NCBI GenBank assembly: GCA_964016885.1 | Contig: CAXHJY010000858.1 | Span: 1 to 64,000, forward strand | Direction: 5' to 3' | Source: Eledone cirrhosa | Lineage: Eukaryota | Length of the DNA: 64,000 nucleotides | Shown: positions 46,925-61,092 of the stretch, piece after piece | Layout of the letters: every line of letters begins with the position of its first letter | Position numbering within the stretch: the first letter of the stretch is position 1 | Program-made: the position numbers and the translations under genes | Notes under the pieces: generated by a model | Databases searched by the model: none | What the model saw: only the letters and a program-made list of their open reading frames with translations | Told to the model about the DNA's origin: nothing

Positions 46925-47204
46925 AAAGACTGTTCGTCACCCGAAATATTCGTAAGCCGAAAGTATTTTTCCCATACGAAAATGGTAAGAAAGAAATACA
47001 GTAAGAGAGAGAGAGACTGTGTATGAAAGTCAGATAGATATCACCATAGTAACTAACTACACAGCAGATGACGCTTTCTCACCGATATTCCAAGCTTTGA
47101 TGTCAACTGTTGTTGCCAACTTGTGTGTTCGTTACTCGGGACACCGTTCGTGAACTGAGACGTTTTAATGTCCGGAAGAATTGTTCGTGAACCAAGGTTC
47201 CACT
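46925..47204. mobile_element. pogo/Tigger-like MITE remnant
   Basis: Right end GTTCGTGAACCAAGGTTCCACT (reverse complement AGTGGAACCTTGGTTCACGAAC). Subterminal TTCGT-AA-CCGAA repeats and TTTTTCCCATA. Left TIR not seen. Confidence 0.55.
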
Positions 47205-47287
47205 TTAGTAACGAGTGTTTATCATGTGATCATTCTGCCGAAATCTCACTGATGAGACATTACAATAAAGAATGCAGGAATATATAA

Positions 47288-47449
47288 TAAATCGACCCCA
47301 CTGCATTACTGGTACTTCATTTTATCGACCCCGTAAGGATGAAACACAAATCTAACCTCGGTGGGATTTGAACTCAGACCGTAAAGGGTTGTAACTCTAT
47401 GCCACGAGGCATGGTATCCGGTGCTCTACCGATTCTGCCAATCCATCGC
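47288..47449 (-). mobile_element. SINE family A, long-type, tail lost
   Basis: TGGCAGAATCGG A-box, GAGTTCAAATCC B-box, core and GGGGTCGATTTA. Confidence 0.88.
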
Positions 47450-47465
47450 AAGAATATGTAATAAT

Positions 47466-47555
47466 TGTTTCTACATTTGGCACAAGGCCAGCAAAAACCC
47501 AGTGTATTACTGGTACATTATTTTATCGACCCCGTAAGGATGAAAGCAAAGTTAA
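47466..47555 (-). mobile_element. 5'-truncated SINE family A with 16-bp TSD
   Basis: AAGAATATGTAATAAT at 47450-47465 and 47556-47571. Confidence 0.92.
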
Positions 47556-47685
47556 AAGAATATGTAATAATAATAATAAACACAGAGAACACTCCACAAT
47601 TAATAGAAGACTTAATCATATTTTGTTTTTGGTGTTTTATATTTAGTTCTTCTTTGTTGTTTTTTATTGTCTGTTTTATTTAATA

Positions 47686-48390
47686 TGTGTATGTCTCTAA
47701 TATGTTATGTGTACGTCTCTAATATATGATGTGTACGTCTCTAATATATGATGTGTATGTCTCTAATATATTATGTGTATGTCTCTAATATATTATCTGT
47801 ATGTCTCTAATATATGATGTGTATGTCTCTAATATATTATGTGTATGTCTCTAATATATTATCTGTATGTCTCTAATATATTATGTGTATGTCTCTAATA
47901 TATGATCTGTATGTCTCTAATATATGATGTGTATGTCTCTAATATGTTATGTGTATGTCTCTAATATATGATGTGTATGTCTCTAATATATGATGTGTAT
48001 GTCTCTAATATATGATGTGTATGTCTCTAATATATGATGTGTATGTATCTAATATATTATGTGTATGTCTCTAATATATTATCTGTATGTCTCTAATATA
48101 TGATGTGTATGTCTCTAATATGTTAAGTGTATGTCTCTAATATATGATGTGTATGTCTCTAATATATGATGTGTATGTCTCTAATATGTTATCTGTATGT
48201 CTCTAATATATTATGTGTATGTCTCTAATATATTATGTGTATGTCTCTAATATATGATGTGTATGTCTCTAATATGTTATCTGTATGTCTCTAATATATT
48301 ATGTGTATGTCTCTAATATATTATGTGTATGTCTCTAATATATGATGTGTATGTCTCTAATATGTTATGTGTACGTCTCTAATATATTAT
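47686..48390. repeat. 22-bp minisatellite TGTATGTCTCTAATAT(A/G)T(G/T)AT(G/C)
   Basis: About 32 tandem copies of constant length. Confidence 0.97.
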
Positions 48391-48549
48391 CCTGCACCCT
48401 CATTATAATATCATCTGACTAATGTCAACACATTTTTAATTAATTTTTTCCGTCCACATAGGTATACGTTCTGCCAGGATTACTTTTAATTTCTTATCCT
48501 TTACTCAATTCAATGAACTCATTTGTTATAATTATTCTCTTTATATCTA

Positions 48550-48550
48550 T

Positions 48551-48585
<35 letters not shown>

Positions 48586-48765
48586 TTACTACTACTACTA
48601 CTACTATTGTTATTGAGGTATTGTTATTAATATTGGTATATTACTATCAGTGTAGTGGTAGTAGTAGTAGTGATTGTGGTAGTAGTAGTGATGGTGGTAG
48701 TGGTGGTGGTGGTGGTAGTGGTGGTGGTGGTAGTGGTGGTAGTATTGGTGCTGCTGCTGTTAGTA
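48550..48765. repeat. (ACT)n and (AGT)/(GGT)n trinucleotide tracts
   Basis: Direct inspection. Confidence 0.93.
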
Positions 48766-49443
48766 ATAGTAGATTTATAATTTTCATTTGTCTCCTATTT
48801 TTTCTTCCTATAGAAATGTGTTCAATCTTATTCTATATGGATAAAAAAATTTAAAAAAGCATAATAATAGAAATTGTTTTTTTTTTCTTTTCCACATTTT
48901 CTTTTTATATTTGTGTCGTCTTTCATTAACTTTCTGTTCCTTGGCAAGATTTTCTAATTGTTATTGAGATTTCTATTCAAAGAAATTGATTAGTTTAAAA
49001 GAAAAAAATTAATATTGAAAAAGATTCCTTTTTTGATGACTCGCTCTGACCATATTTCTGGTGGATCAGAGTTAGATTATTGACGTAATAGTTTGTGATC
49101 TTCTTTGTTGAGTGTTGTCGTCGATGTGATGTCTAAGTACACTGATTGTATTAACAATGGATGTACTTCTATCGGGCTCAGTTCAACTAGTTGGATATAA
49201 GGACTATGTTTAACCTCTGTAGACAGAAAACATGGACTATAATTCTTACATACATGTAACGCCATGTAGTACTGTCATATGTAGTGTCCTGTTGACAAAC
49301 AGATGCGCCGATTGTTCTCCGGTGATTGAAGTCATGTCCGTCCCATTTTGAGGCAAACACTCTAACCATTAGACTACAGACTTTCAATGTAGCCAAACAT
49401 ATATATTGTAAAACATTTAGGATTGTGTCATTTTAACAACCTT

Positions 49444-49855
49444 GGCGGCGAATTCATGGAGTTGTTAGAACGTTGGATTGAAGGTTTTGTGGTATTTATT
49501 CCGGCACTTTGCTCTCTGAGTTCAAATCCTTCCTAAGACAACTTTGCCTGTCCGTCTTACGACTGTACCAGTTCAGTCCTGGGGTCGATTCTTCCTCTAT
49601 ACCTCTTTCTCATTTCCTCTTTCTCACTTGCTATCCTTCTCTGGAGGAAATATGCTGTGTTCAGACCTGGAGAGGGGATGAGCTCTGCCAGGCTGAAAAT
49701 GCCCAACTTTCCACAGACACACACACTCTGCTTCTCCTTCTTTGGAAGAAATCGGAGTGTGTTCAGACTTGGAGAGAGACGGTCTGCGCCGGGGTTTAAA
49801 AACCAAGTGTCTCACTACGAAGATCCTACGACTCTATAAGGAGTTACGGGTCCAT
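49444..49855 (+). mobile_element. SINE family A' with internally duplicated tail
   Basis: GGCGGCGAATT head, GAGTTCAAATCC and GTACCAGTT..GGGGTCGATT. CCTTCT.TGGA.GAAAT..GTGTTCAGAC.TGGAGAG occurs twice (about 49635 and 49736). Confidence 0.75.
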
Positions 49856-49950
49856 ACTTACCTAAATAGAGAGACACACGGATTCAATTATTATCTGATG
49901 TTTTATAATTGAGTGTTGAAAGGTGACAGGGAAGAAAGAATACAAAATAA

Positions 49951-50139
49951 TTGTTTCTACTTTTGGCACAAGGCCAGCAATAACCCAGTACATTACTGGT
50001 ACTTTATTTTATCGACCCTGTAAGGATGAAAGGCAAAGTTAACCTCGACGGGATTTGAACTCAGATCATAAAGGGCCGTAACTCTATGCTGCAAAGCATG
50101 GCGTCCGACCCTCTACCGATACTGCCAATCCACCGCCCT
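49951..50139 (-). mobile_element. Full-length SINE family A, short-tail variant
   Basis: Complete from AGGGCGGTGGATTGGCAGTATCGG to GTAGAAAC. AAATAATT flanks both sides. Confidence 0.95.
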
Positions 50140-50224
50140 AAATAATTAAAGAAAGAAGGCATTAGTTGAACAGAGAAGGAAAAGGAAGGAAAAAGGAGAA
50201 AAAGATGGGATGAAAGAAGATAAC

Positions 50225-50622
50225 GGTGAAGATGATGATGGTGTTGATAAATATTCTGAAATAAAGAAGACGATGATGAAGGTGATGATGATGATACAAA
50301 TGATGGTGATGATGAGGGGGAGGGGGAATATTATGAAGAAGAAAAAGATGTCGATGTTGATGAAGAAGCTGATCCTCATCATGGAGATGATGTGAGGACA
50401 CTGTTGATGATGATGATGATATAGAAAAAATCCGATGACGATGTTGAAGAAGTATGGAGGAAATGAACAACAACAGCAACAACAACAGTAAAACAACAGT
50501 AACAACAGCAATAACAACAGTAACAACAACAGCAATAACAACAGCCATAACAGCCATAACAACAGTAACAACAACAGTAACAACAGCAATAACAGCAGCA
50601 ATAACAACAGTAACATCAACAA
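50225..50622. repeat. (GAT)n and (AAC/AGC)n low-complexity tracts
   Basis: Direct inspection. Confidence 0.9.
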
Positions 50623-51041
50623 TGATATCTACTTTAGTATCTTCCTTCTAAATTAAAATATATTCCTTCATTTCTTCTCTCATATCCATCTATCCAGGTG
50701 GGATTGTTTCTCTTCTCAGAATGTCACCAATATTTCTTATTCAAATTACCCCCAAGTCTTTCATTTAAAAACGTTCCGTCAGAATTCTTTAATGAAACGT
50801 TACCCTTCTTTTTTTCTTCTTTTTGGTCCTGATGTATTGTGTAATAATAGGTTGGATTAAATGACATCACCATATAAAGGTAGACATCATGAGAATTGTA
50901 AATGATGATATTACCATATATGGTATTGGATTCTTAGCTTCTTCTTTGTTTGTTTTTTCTTATGCAGAATATAAAACAAAAATAAATCAATAAGTTTGAT
51001 ATCACTGACATTTCCTCTGCTGCTTTTCGTTGTTCTGATCG

Positions 51042-51075
<34 letters not shown>

Positions 51076-51459
51076 GACTGATAATTGTTCATCAAGTTAG
51101 TACTACAATACGGTAGAAAAATACAAAGGGCAAATGATGACAAATAAAACAAAACGAAATAATGTTTTACCCAGTGTATTTAAATATATTTTTATTTAAT
51201 CAATTTAAACGTCCGTGTAGAGCTAGTAAGCCTTGACAGATTAATGGAAGTATCTTGTACTTCTTACAGTTGAGAAATAAAACAAACAAGATATAAAGAG
51301 ATAAGTGAATATAAGAATTAAAATATATTTAAATAGAGAAAGCGAATGAGAGGCAAAAGAGAGACAAAATGGGAAACGAGAGAAGTTGAATGTTTTAATA
51401 ACCCACATCGACTAAAATATTTTTGTTATAATTGGAAGTTCTTTTACAATATATTGTAT

Positions 51460-51720
51460 CTGTGGTGTTGGTGTTGGCGACGTTGGAAGATGTTGTGGTG
51501 GTGGTGACTGCGGTGGAGTATTGATGTTGGCGACGTTGGAAGATGTTGTGGTGGTGGTGGTGACTGGGGTGGTGTTGGTGATGTTGACGACGTTGTGGTG
51601 GTGGTGACTGGGGTGGATGTTGTGGTGGTGTTAGTGTTGTTGTTATTGTTGGCGGTGGTGGTGGTGGTGGTGGTGGGTGTTATGGTGCTGGTATTCCTGC
51701 TGGGAGTATTGGTGGTGATT
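51460..51720. repeat. (GGT/GTT)n low-complexity tract with local duplications
   Basis: TGTTGGCGACGTTGGAAGATGTTGTGGTGGTGGTG is repeated. Confidence 0.88.
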
Positions 51721-51964
51721 TTAAGTGAGGTTTTGACTTTGGTCAATCATGATTTAGCAGATTTATGATATAATAATCGAAGTCGTCGTTCGATTCTAGG
51801 TTGGCAGTCTAACTTTATATGTTAAGGTCTCTGAATGAGTTGGACATGCTTTATTTCTAGAAAACAATGGGTAATACAGAAATAGGTCGAACTTTTAACA
51901 TAAATGTCCTCAATCGTCGCATTTTATGTTCCTTGTTTTCTTCTTTAGCCTATACCTATAACAG

Positions 51965-52012
<48 letters not shown>

Positions 52013-52777
52013 CATAATTATATATATACACACACGACTTGCGGCAGGAATGTTATAATGATAAAAGAAAACGTTACTAATATTTTAAACTACATCATTA
52101 CATTATATCATATATATATATATACATATATATATATATTCTAAATAATTTCTTCAGAACTTCAATTTTCAGTGTCTTTTGTTCAGTACATGCGTTTCTG
52201 AATATATATATATATATATATATATATTGTATGTTTAAGCTGGATGGAAATAAGTTATATATTTAATTTTATTTGGATTTCATTTCTACTCTCGTTATTT
52301 GTTTATATATGTTGTTGTTGTTAATGTTGATGATGTTTGGTTGTGTGTGAGAATTAATCAAACAGATTTGAGAATCTCCAATGTAGCAGCTTTTTTATTA
52401 TTTTGATTTGTATAATTTTTTTTTTTTCATTACTCGACATATCTTAGCCACAAGACGACGAGAAATTTTTGATATGTAAATTGCATACTGTAAAGCGATT
52501 GCTTCTAATTTGAGTATAATCTCTATAATTTTCACCAGTCTCAACCAAGAAAAGCTTAAGGCCTGCCACACTATCTCACTTCTCACTTTCCAGCTTATCG
52601 ACGATGCGACATTTTTTTTTACTTGTATCGATTGTTTCTTTTTTTTTGTATTTTATTGTATTTTGTTATATTTTCTTACTTTCTCTTCATACCTTTACTT
52701 TCGATGTTCTTGGTCACGTTTTTATTTTTGTTCTTCCTGTTTTTCTTCTGCCTTTTAAACAGATGCTGTTCACTATT

Positions 52778-52781
52778 AGTG

Positions 52782-52832
<51 letters not shown>

Positions 52833-52860
52833 ATTGTAGTAGTTGTAGTAGTAGTAGTAA
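52778..52860. repeat. (AGT)n microsatellite
   Basis: Direct inspection. Confidence 0.96.
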
Positions 52861-53160
52861 TGCTAGTTGTAATATTGGTTGTATTTGCATTAGTTTCTTT
52901 GTTTTTACTCTCACACACACACACACATATTTGTATTTATATATATGTATAATATATATACATGTATGTATGTATGTATATTCAAAATATTTTTTTTATA
53001 TATTTATTCAATTAATTTCTTTATTTGTTTGTTTTGATTTTGTTTTTAGTTGTTTGATTGTTTTTACTCTCGCTCAGAAATTCGATCATTTAACTCGTGT
53101 CCATTTATTGAAATTTAGTGAAGGATAAAACTGAAATAAACACATACACATGTACAACCC

Positions 53161-53191
<31 letters not shown>

Positions 53192-53209
53192 ACTGTCTCT
53201 ATATATGTC

Positions 53210-53241
<32 letters not shown>

Positions 53242-53721
53242 ATCTTAACTGAACTGTAAAAAGAAATAATTTAATGTTGAGCACACAATAAAAAGAAAGA
53301 CAGAGAGAGAGAAAGTAAAACCTATAATATTGTAATGGAAGTGAAAAGTAAATAAATAAAAGTGGAGTTTTATATAAATTTAAGTGCAAATCTATGTTTG
53401 TTTTGTGTCTTTCTACGGATATTTTGTTATTTGATGTGAATGTGAGAAGCAATAACGGGTAATTATTGGCCAATTCAACGGAATAAAAAGGAATTCTTAA
53501 CTGGTAATTATGCTCTGTTGCTGTTTCTTTAGTGAGAGGGAAGGAGAGTGAGGTAGAATATAAGGGGGGGGGGGATAGTGTAGTGTATCCTCTTGATATA
53601 AGACGGAGAAGAGGAAAACCAACAGTGATCGTTGTGAAATCTATGTTGCTGATACATTGAGTAATGTAGATTGTAAAAGACGCACTGCTGCTTAAATTGT
53701 TCTTAGAGTTATTGGTAACTC

Positions 53722-53825
53722 TTGGGGTCGATAGAATAAAGTACCAGCAACACACTGAGGTCAATTTAATTGATTTTCCCTTCCTCAAAAGTTTTGGCAT
53801 TGTGCCTAAATCAAAAACCAGTATT
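53722..53825 (+). mobile_element. SINE family A 3' half, long-tail variant
   Basis: GGGGTCGATAGAATAAAGTACCAG..TTGTGCCTAAATC. Confidence 0.82.
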
Positions 53826-53908
53826 TTTTTCTTTAAATTATGCAAATTAATATTAGACAATACTCTGGCGATATCAGATAATTCCATGACGTAGAATGGT
53901 ATAACATA

Positions 53909-54002
53909 CAGGATGTCCCCGAAAAGTGTATACATACTTCAGTATTCTAATAATTATTGCCTGTACAGGTAATCAAAATGTATACATTTTTCGGGGATAA
54001 CC

Positions 54003-54004
<2 letters not shown>
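53909..54004. mobile_element. 96-bp Tc1/mariner-type MITE
   Basis: 27-bp TIRs CAGGATGTCCCCGAAAAGTGTATACAT and (reverse complement) CAGGTTATCCCCGAAAAATGTATACAT match at 24/27. TA at left, TG at right. Confidence 0.8.
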
Positions 54005-54048
<44 letters not shown>

Positions 54049-55191
54049 ACCCTTATGTATAGCATTTGAGCAAAAACCTGTTGATAAAGTGACTTCCTTG
54101 TTCGGTCATCTTGCCAGAAGCCTAACATTTTTTATGTAAGCGGACAGTAATTGATTTATGGAGTCGCAGAAACCCAAATACTGGATGATTTTACCATCAC
54201 TCCAGGGGTCCGGGTAAATTTTCAATCACATATATTTTTATTGTTTGACCCGAATTACTTGGTCGTTTTTTTTTGGCTGTGCGGATGATTAGTTTAACCA
54301 CCATCTCAGTGTGTTTGGCCTTTAACGTATGTTTTAGCTGTATGTTATTTCACATGAGTCTTGGAAAATAGAAGACTGTTTCTAACGTGTTACCAAAGAA
54401 ACATATATAAATGTCATCTTGTCTAATGGATTGGAATGTAATGGAAAGACGTGAAATAATTGTCGTTATTTAACACCGGATAAGACTTTGTCGAACCGAG
54501 AGACTATAAAATAAATATTATTGTGAATAACTAATTCAATATAACAATTCATTAATAGGTCTCGTTATGTGATGAAATCCTAACCTTGTTCACGAACTTA
54601 ACTTACACGTGAGTATAATAAATGTTACAGAACTATATCTAATTAAAGAAAATTAGATGGTTGTTAGAGAAAGTTTATGAAGGCAACGATAGATACATAG
54701 ATGAATATAATGTTTAATAAAGGTTAGAATGTTAAATAACAATCAAGATGTAGAGCTGGCTATGTTACCACTGTAATTAGTTCTGTCCGAAATATATAAA
54801 CCTATTGGAAATATTCTAGTCTAATATCGATTAGATTGGTAAGTTAGTTACAAGTGAGATAGATATGTCAATCTAAGGATAAATGGATTAATACAGTGAA
54901 ATGGGAATATAATTAAGGAATGGTATTTTAATTTAAGTTTGGTTAATTAAAAATAAGAAAGAATAAGAGAAATATGTAATTGTGACTAGTATATATATAT
55001 TAGATTAAAGAAGTTAGAAATATGGCAAGTGTGATAATGAAGTAGAGAGAAATAGGAAGAATCCTATAAATTTTACCATAATCCACGTGTAGTTGTCTCC
55101 ATTATATTTAGGGTATTGCGTGCTTTCCGGGGTATACCTTTGTGCCTTCCTACGCTCAAATCTCATTGAGAAGAGTACTCAGCTGAATGGA

Positions 55192-55338
55192 TTTGCAGCA
55201 TAGTGTTATGGCCCTTTTCATTATGAATTCAAATCCCGCCGAGGTTAGCTTTGCCTTTCACCCTTACGAGGTCGATAATATTAAGCACCAGTAATGCACT
55301 GGGGTCGGGCTAATTGACTTTCCCCTCCTCTTCAAATT
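55192..55338 (+). mobile_element. SINE family A fragment, long-tail variant
   Basis: TTCAAATCCCGCCGAGGTTAGCTTTGCCTTTCA..GGTCGATAA. Confidence 0.87.
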
Positions 55339-55351
55339 GTTTAAAACTGGT

Positions 55352-55497
55352 CTCTCTCTCCTCTCTCTCTTCTCCCCTCTTCTATCCCCTCTCCTCTCTC
55401 TCTTCTCCCCTCTTCTATCCCCTCTCCTCTCTCTCTTCTCCCCTCTTCTATCCCCTCTCTCTCCTCTCTTTTCTTCTCTCCTCTCCTCTCTCTCTCT
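55352..55497. repeat. CT-rich minisatellite
   Basis: CTCTTCTCCCCTCTTCTATCCCCTCTC occurs three times. Confidence 0.9.
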
Positions 55498-55783
55498 CAT
55501 ACATATATATGTAGTGTGATAATATGACATATTCAGAGCGTGGCAGCCTGGCTGTCTGAGAAATATAGAAATACCGGCAGACACAAAGAATGGAAGGAAG
55601 GTAAAAGTGAAGATTCTAGACACGATCAAATTATTTGAATTTAAATGACAATTCGAGGCATAAATATATAATATCCATAGAAAAGCATGAATGTGTGAGT
55701 ATATATATATGTCTATATTCTATCTCTCTCTCTCACACACACTTTCTGTATATATGTCTGTGTGTGTGTGTACGTATATGAAA

Positions 55784-55868
<85 letters not shown>

Positions 55869-57299
55869 TATGCATAATTTCGCCAACACATATTTATATT
55901 GAGAGACAAAAGAAAAAAAAAGATCATTGACTGCAGATTGTAGAGTTAAGGTTAATAGTCTGACATATTTAAAACATACGACTGGTCGATCAGACAATAT
56001 TTAGTGTACAACCTTTCTGATAGCCCACACCTAAACTCTACGTGGAACAGTGTGTGTCAACGGAGAGGAAGACCTATATATATATATAGAGAGAGAGAGA
56101 TTTATTTATTTATATATATATAGAGAGAGAGATTTAGATAGATGGATAGAGATATAGATAGATATTTAAATGTATATGTATATATATATACACATACATA
56201 TATGTATATATATATATATGTACATATATGTTCATGTATATACTTATATGTATATATAGTTACGTATATATATACATACATATATATGTATATATATATG
56301 TACATGTATATGTATATATATATGTACATGTATATGTATATATATATGTACATGTATATATATATATATGTACATACATATATATACATGTAGATACACA
56401 CACACACACATATATATATATACATGTACATATATATAAACATGTACATACACACACATATATATATATACATGTACATATATATAAACATGTACATACA
56501 CACACATATATATATATATATATTACGTGTGTACACATATGTGTGTATGCATTTATTAAAACCATTTCATATCAGATTTTTGTAATATGAAGATATTGTA
56601 GATAAAAACTCCGACAAACAAAATAGGAGACATCTAGTGTGTGGGGTGGGTGAAGGGGTTGAACGGGTTACTTTTTCTTGGAAAAGTACATGCATAGAAT
56701 TATATTGTTCAATAAGAAATGCTACATTCTCGATTCATTTACATAAAATGAACGTTATATTTAGAAAGATTTGTTACATGTTTCTGATTTCTAGTTTTCC
56801 AATATATTTCTAATATTTTTCCTTATATTTTTCTTATATTTATATTTTTTTCTTATTTTTTCTTATTTTAGTTTGGTTTATTTATTATGTTTAGTTCTGT
56901 CTAAAACGACTGTCTGTAAAGAATCGATTTAACCAAATATATTCCACATTGAAGAATTTATTGTATTCTATATTTTTGCTTTATTATTATTTTTTGTTCC
57001 TTTGTTTGTTTTTGTGTATTTTTTTTGTTGTTTTTTTAAATTTGTTAAAAAAAATAATAAAATATATTTTTTTAAATTATTCAGAATATTGATCTCATTC
57101 ACGTATTTAGAGTTTCCAATGTTATGTTGTTGCTTTAATAATAATAATAATAACGATGATAGTTAAATATCGGAAAGAAGAGATGAAGTTAGAATCTGAC
57201 ATTTGAAAATGAAGTTTTTTGTTGTTTTTTGTAGTGGCTTTTGTTTTTTGTTGTTTTTTTTTCATTGCAAAATTTTCGCATTGTTGGATTTGAAATGTT

Positions 57300-57360
57300 A
57301 GACGTCATAACCCAGGACATATCCCAAATTTAAGACGTCATAACCCAGGACATATCCCAA
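57300..57360. repeat. 33-bp-period tandem duplication
   Basis: AGACGTCATAACCCAGGACATATCCCAA occurs twice. Confidence 0.95.
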
Positions 57361-58982
57361 GTCTTTGGCTTTCCTCTTTGTAATTATTTGTAGAATAACT
57401 AATGTTGTATAAGTTTAAAGTAATAACGAGTTTCTGTGACTCGGTCTGCAGCTACCCCTTTTATATTTTGTGTGTGTGTGGTTTCCACTTTGCGAAGTGT
57501 ACAAACTCGGTGTTAATTCACAGAGACTGTACCATACCGAAATATATTTTCCGTCTCTTTATCGTCTGTTAGCCTCATTACATCATTGAGCCCCCTTGAT
57601 ACCCCTTATGAAAATGAAAAAGAGATGATCCCGAGTGAATCAACCATATTACATGAATTGAAATTGACTTATGTTCTCCGGTATCATACCAAGCTTGGAT
57701 GACTTTATAATGCATTCTTAATGTCAACTAAACTGTTCCTGTCTAAGTTTATCGTAGACTAAAGTATATAATGTGTCGTTCATTTAATTAATTAATTAAA
57801 AAAAAGATAAACTGATGAATTCATGGAGGCTGGGCTACTATTCTTGAAAGATGTTACAGCCACATATAGAAACCCTCATTGGCAAATTAAAGTATTGCGC
57901 CCTTAGGATTTAATATCAGAACAGTGAATGAAGAAACGAATTAATGTAAGACAAAGTACTGCCATTTTTCCCTCATTTACATTACATATAAAAAAAAAAA
58001 AATATTATATGAATATAGAGATAACATTCTCCTACTGTTTTAACATTGACTTTAACTTAGAATCGATATTGTATGACAAAATATGCCGGAGACATCCCTT
58101 CCAGCTCTGTGACGTGTGAATCATATACGAATATCATTCATCTAACTTACCTACACTTATGCTTTTAATTTCACCATTATTGAGAATTGTATGAATGCTT
58201 TTGTTAAATTTTTTTTTTCTTTTGATTTCTAATTAAATTATGATTAAGTTAATGAATCTGTTAATTAGATAGCGCAACATATCACACACGAAATAGAAAA
58301 TTTTTACTTTTATTGACAATATATATATATATATGTGTGTGTGTGTATATATACATTAGATGTTACGTACGCCCTCACATCCACACACACATATATGTGT
58401 ATATATATATATCGAAATATGTATATATGTATATATATATATATGTATGTATATATATAAATATCGAACACCATTAATCTACTGTTTGTTGGAATTTTTT
58501 AATTTATTAATTGCTGTAAATTGAAACTGACTTTCATTACATCTCGCCCTATTAACAACAGTTTCTAATTGGATTCGAGATTATATGATCCCTTTAAATT
58601 CTATGTAATTATCTGTTCAGATGATAGATGCGGGTTTAATAATTATAGATAATTACTTTTAATTCATCTCATTGTTATTATTGTTATTAATGTTAGTGTT
58701 TATTTAAGGGCGATAGATGACAAGAAAAAAAACAAAATCGTGGTGGTAGATGACAAAATCGATATGGCGGGGGGAGGGGTTCTACTAAATTCCTTCCAGC
58801 ATCACTTTACATTCTCAGTTTCAAATCCAGAGAGGATTGACAATCCCATTTTATCTTCCATGATAGTCGACACGAGTTACTCGAACACATTGCTTCAGGT
58901 CTCCGTAATTAATTGACTTACTATTATCCCTTCTACTATTAATACAACTATTATCCCTTCTCTTATTACTACTACTACTACT

Positions 58983-59148
58983 TTCTGAGTTCAAATCTCG
59001 CCAAGGTTAGCTTTGCCTTTCATTCTTAGGGGGACCGATAAAATAAAGTACCAGTAATGCACTGAGGTTAATTGAATCTACTTTTCCCTCCCCCACCCAT
59101 AAAATGTTAGGCCTTGTGCCTAAATCAGAAACCGTTGTTATTATTATT
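58983..59148 (+). mobile_element. SINE family A, long-tail variant, 5' truncated
   Basis: B-box, core, GGCCTTGTGCCTAAATCAGAAAC and (ATT)n. Confidence 0.88.
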
Positions 59149-59316
59149 AAATCTATTATATTATTATTTTACTCTGATCTCTTATGACACGTCAAAGAAT
59201 TCTCCAAGATTTCTCCATGTCTGTCACGTGTAACCAGTTTAGATTTTATTCTACACCTGGATATTTATTGACTTGGTTGTCTTCATTCTGATGAACCAAA
59301 TTCAAATATACAATGT

Positions 59317-59418
59317 TACACTGGGATAATTGCTGGCCTTGTGTCAACAGTAGAAACATTTATTAAGTACCAGTAATGTACTGGGATAATTGCTGGCCTT
59401 GTGCCAAAAGTAGAAACA
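59317..59418 (+). mobile_element. Two tandem SINE A 3' tails
   Basis: ACTGGGATAATTGCTGGCCTTGTG.CAA.AGTAGAAACA occurs twice. Confidence 0.88.
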
Positions 59419-59581
59419 GTTGTTTGTTTTAAACAAGAACTGACCACTAAAGATATTACTAAACTGAGTAAAATTGTTCTCAAAGAGAAGAGCTGAGAAA
59501 AACTAATATCATCGAACATGTAGACTTTTCAAATGTAGAAACACACATATCCTCAAACATGTGTATATATATATATACATA

Positions 59582-59624
<43 letters not shown>

Positions 59625-60030
59625 TAATAAATAAAAAGAGAACAAAAAACAGAAAAACGAAGAGGCAGTACAAATGATATTAGTATTAGTTTCACGCTTG
59701 AGAGTGGGGGTGGGAGATCACAGCGTATATTAAAAGATTTAGCATAGATTTTTAATTACAGATGTTGATTTAGAATCCTTCATTGTAAATAACATAATCT
59801 CTACATAGAAAATAATAAAGGAATACCTTTACGAATTTCAGAGATTCCTCTTCTCATCAGATGATCAGTCCTATACTGTATACAGAGAAATATTACTTTG
59901 CCAATGCTATGTACGTGAAAGAAGATGAGATATAGATGTAAAGTAAGTCTAATTTACATGGTGTGCATACTTTTCTCGACATAATTAATAAAATAGTAAA
60001 TATGTGTTAGCATACAGCATAAACCGATAC

Positions 60031-60078
<48 letters not shown>

Positions 60079-61092
60079 GTGCATGTATGTATATATATAT
60101 ATACATACTACTGTACGTCTGTATACATATATGTATGTACGTATACATACATACATACATACTTACATTTAAGTAACTGCCGTACTAAGAGTGAGAAATG
60201 AAATTTCGTTTCATTCTATTCCATGTATATAAGACACTTTAAGGTAAATTTAATTATAATATACATACGTCTTTTAATTAAATGTTGAAAATAATGAATA
60301 TGTATATTTGTATAAATATATGTAAATTTATATATATATATATACATATATATATTTATAAACACACACACACAAATACACATATATATATATATATATA
60401 CATATGTATGTGTGTGTGTGTAGTATTATATAAAGGTTCATACACAATAAGTTCCTACGCACATAAATAGTACGTATATTAATTCAAAATCGGGTATATA
60501 GGTAATTCAATTATAAAATACGATTCAATGCAAGCCAGAAAAACGGATGCAGGAGCCCTCAGTTAAACGCCATGTTGCAATGTTGCTGCTACACATAATT
60601 AGTAATGTTACCTCTTGTACATAATGACATCATATATGACTGAAGGAATTTACAATGGTAAGCTTTCTACATTCTATATAAATAATGGAACACAGCCAAT
60701 ACAAATTTCTATGTTTCAATCATAGTTTTATATATAATATATATATAATGTGAATGTGTATATATAGTGTTTGTGAATGTGTGTGTGTGTATATATATAG
60801 AGAGAGATAAATAGATATAGTGTGGGGGCGGCTGCTAGACTAGAACCTCATATAGACAGTTGACTTTTTGAAACTTTCTAAATCTCAAACATTTCTACAA
60901 CTTTTTCTTTGAATTGTTTCTAGTATTTTCCTTCAAAGATTCATTTTACTGAGAATATAGATCTATTCTCAAGTTTCGAATACAAATTGTCTTATCTTTC
61001 GTTTAATATCTTATTTGAGAGATTAAAAGAAACCAGTAACGCGACAATTCCTCATATGCATCACTTGTTGTGATAATAAATATTATTATTGT

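Noticed and set aside
53105-53935. 276-aa minus-strand ORF
   Set aside because: It runs through a MITE end, an antisense SINE and (TA)n, so it is a chance open frame.
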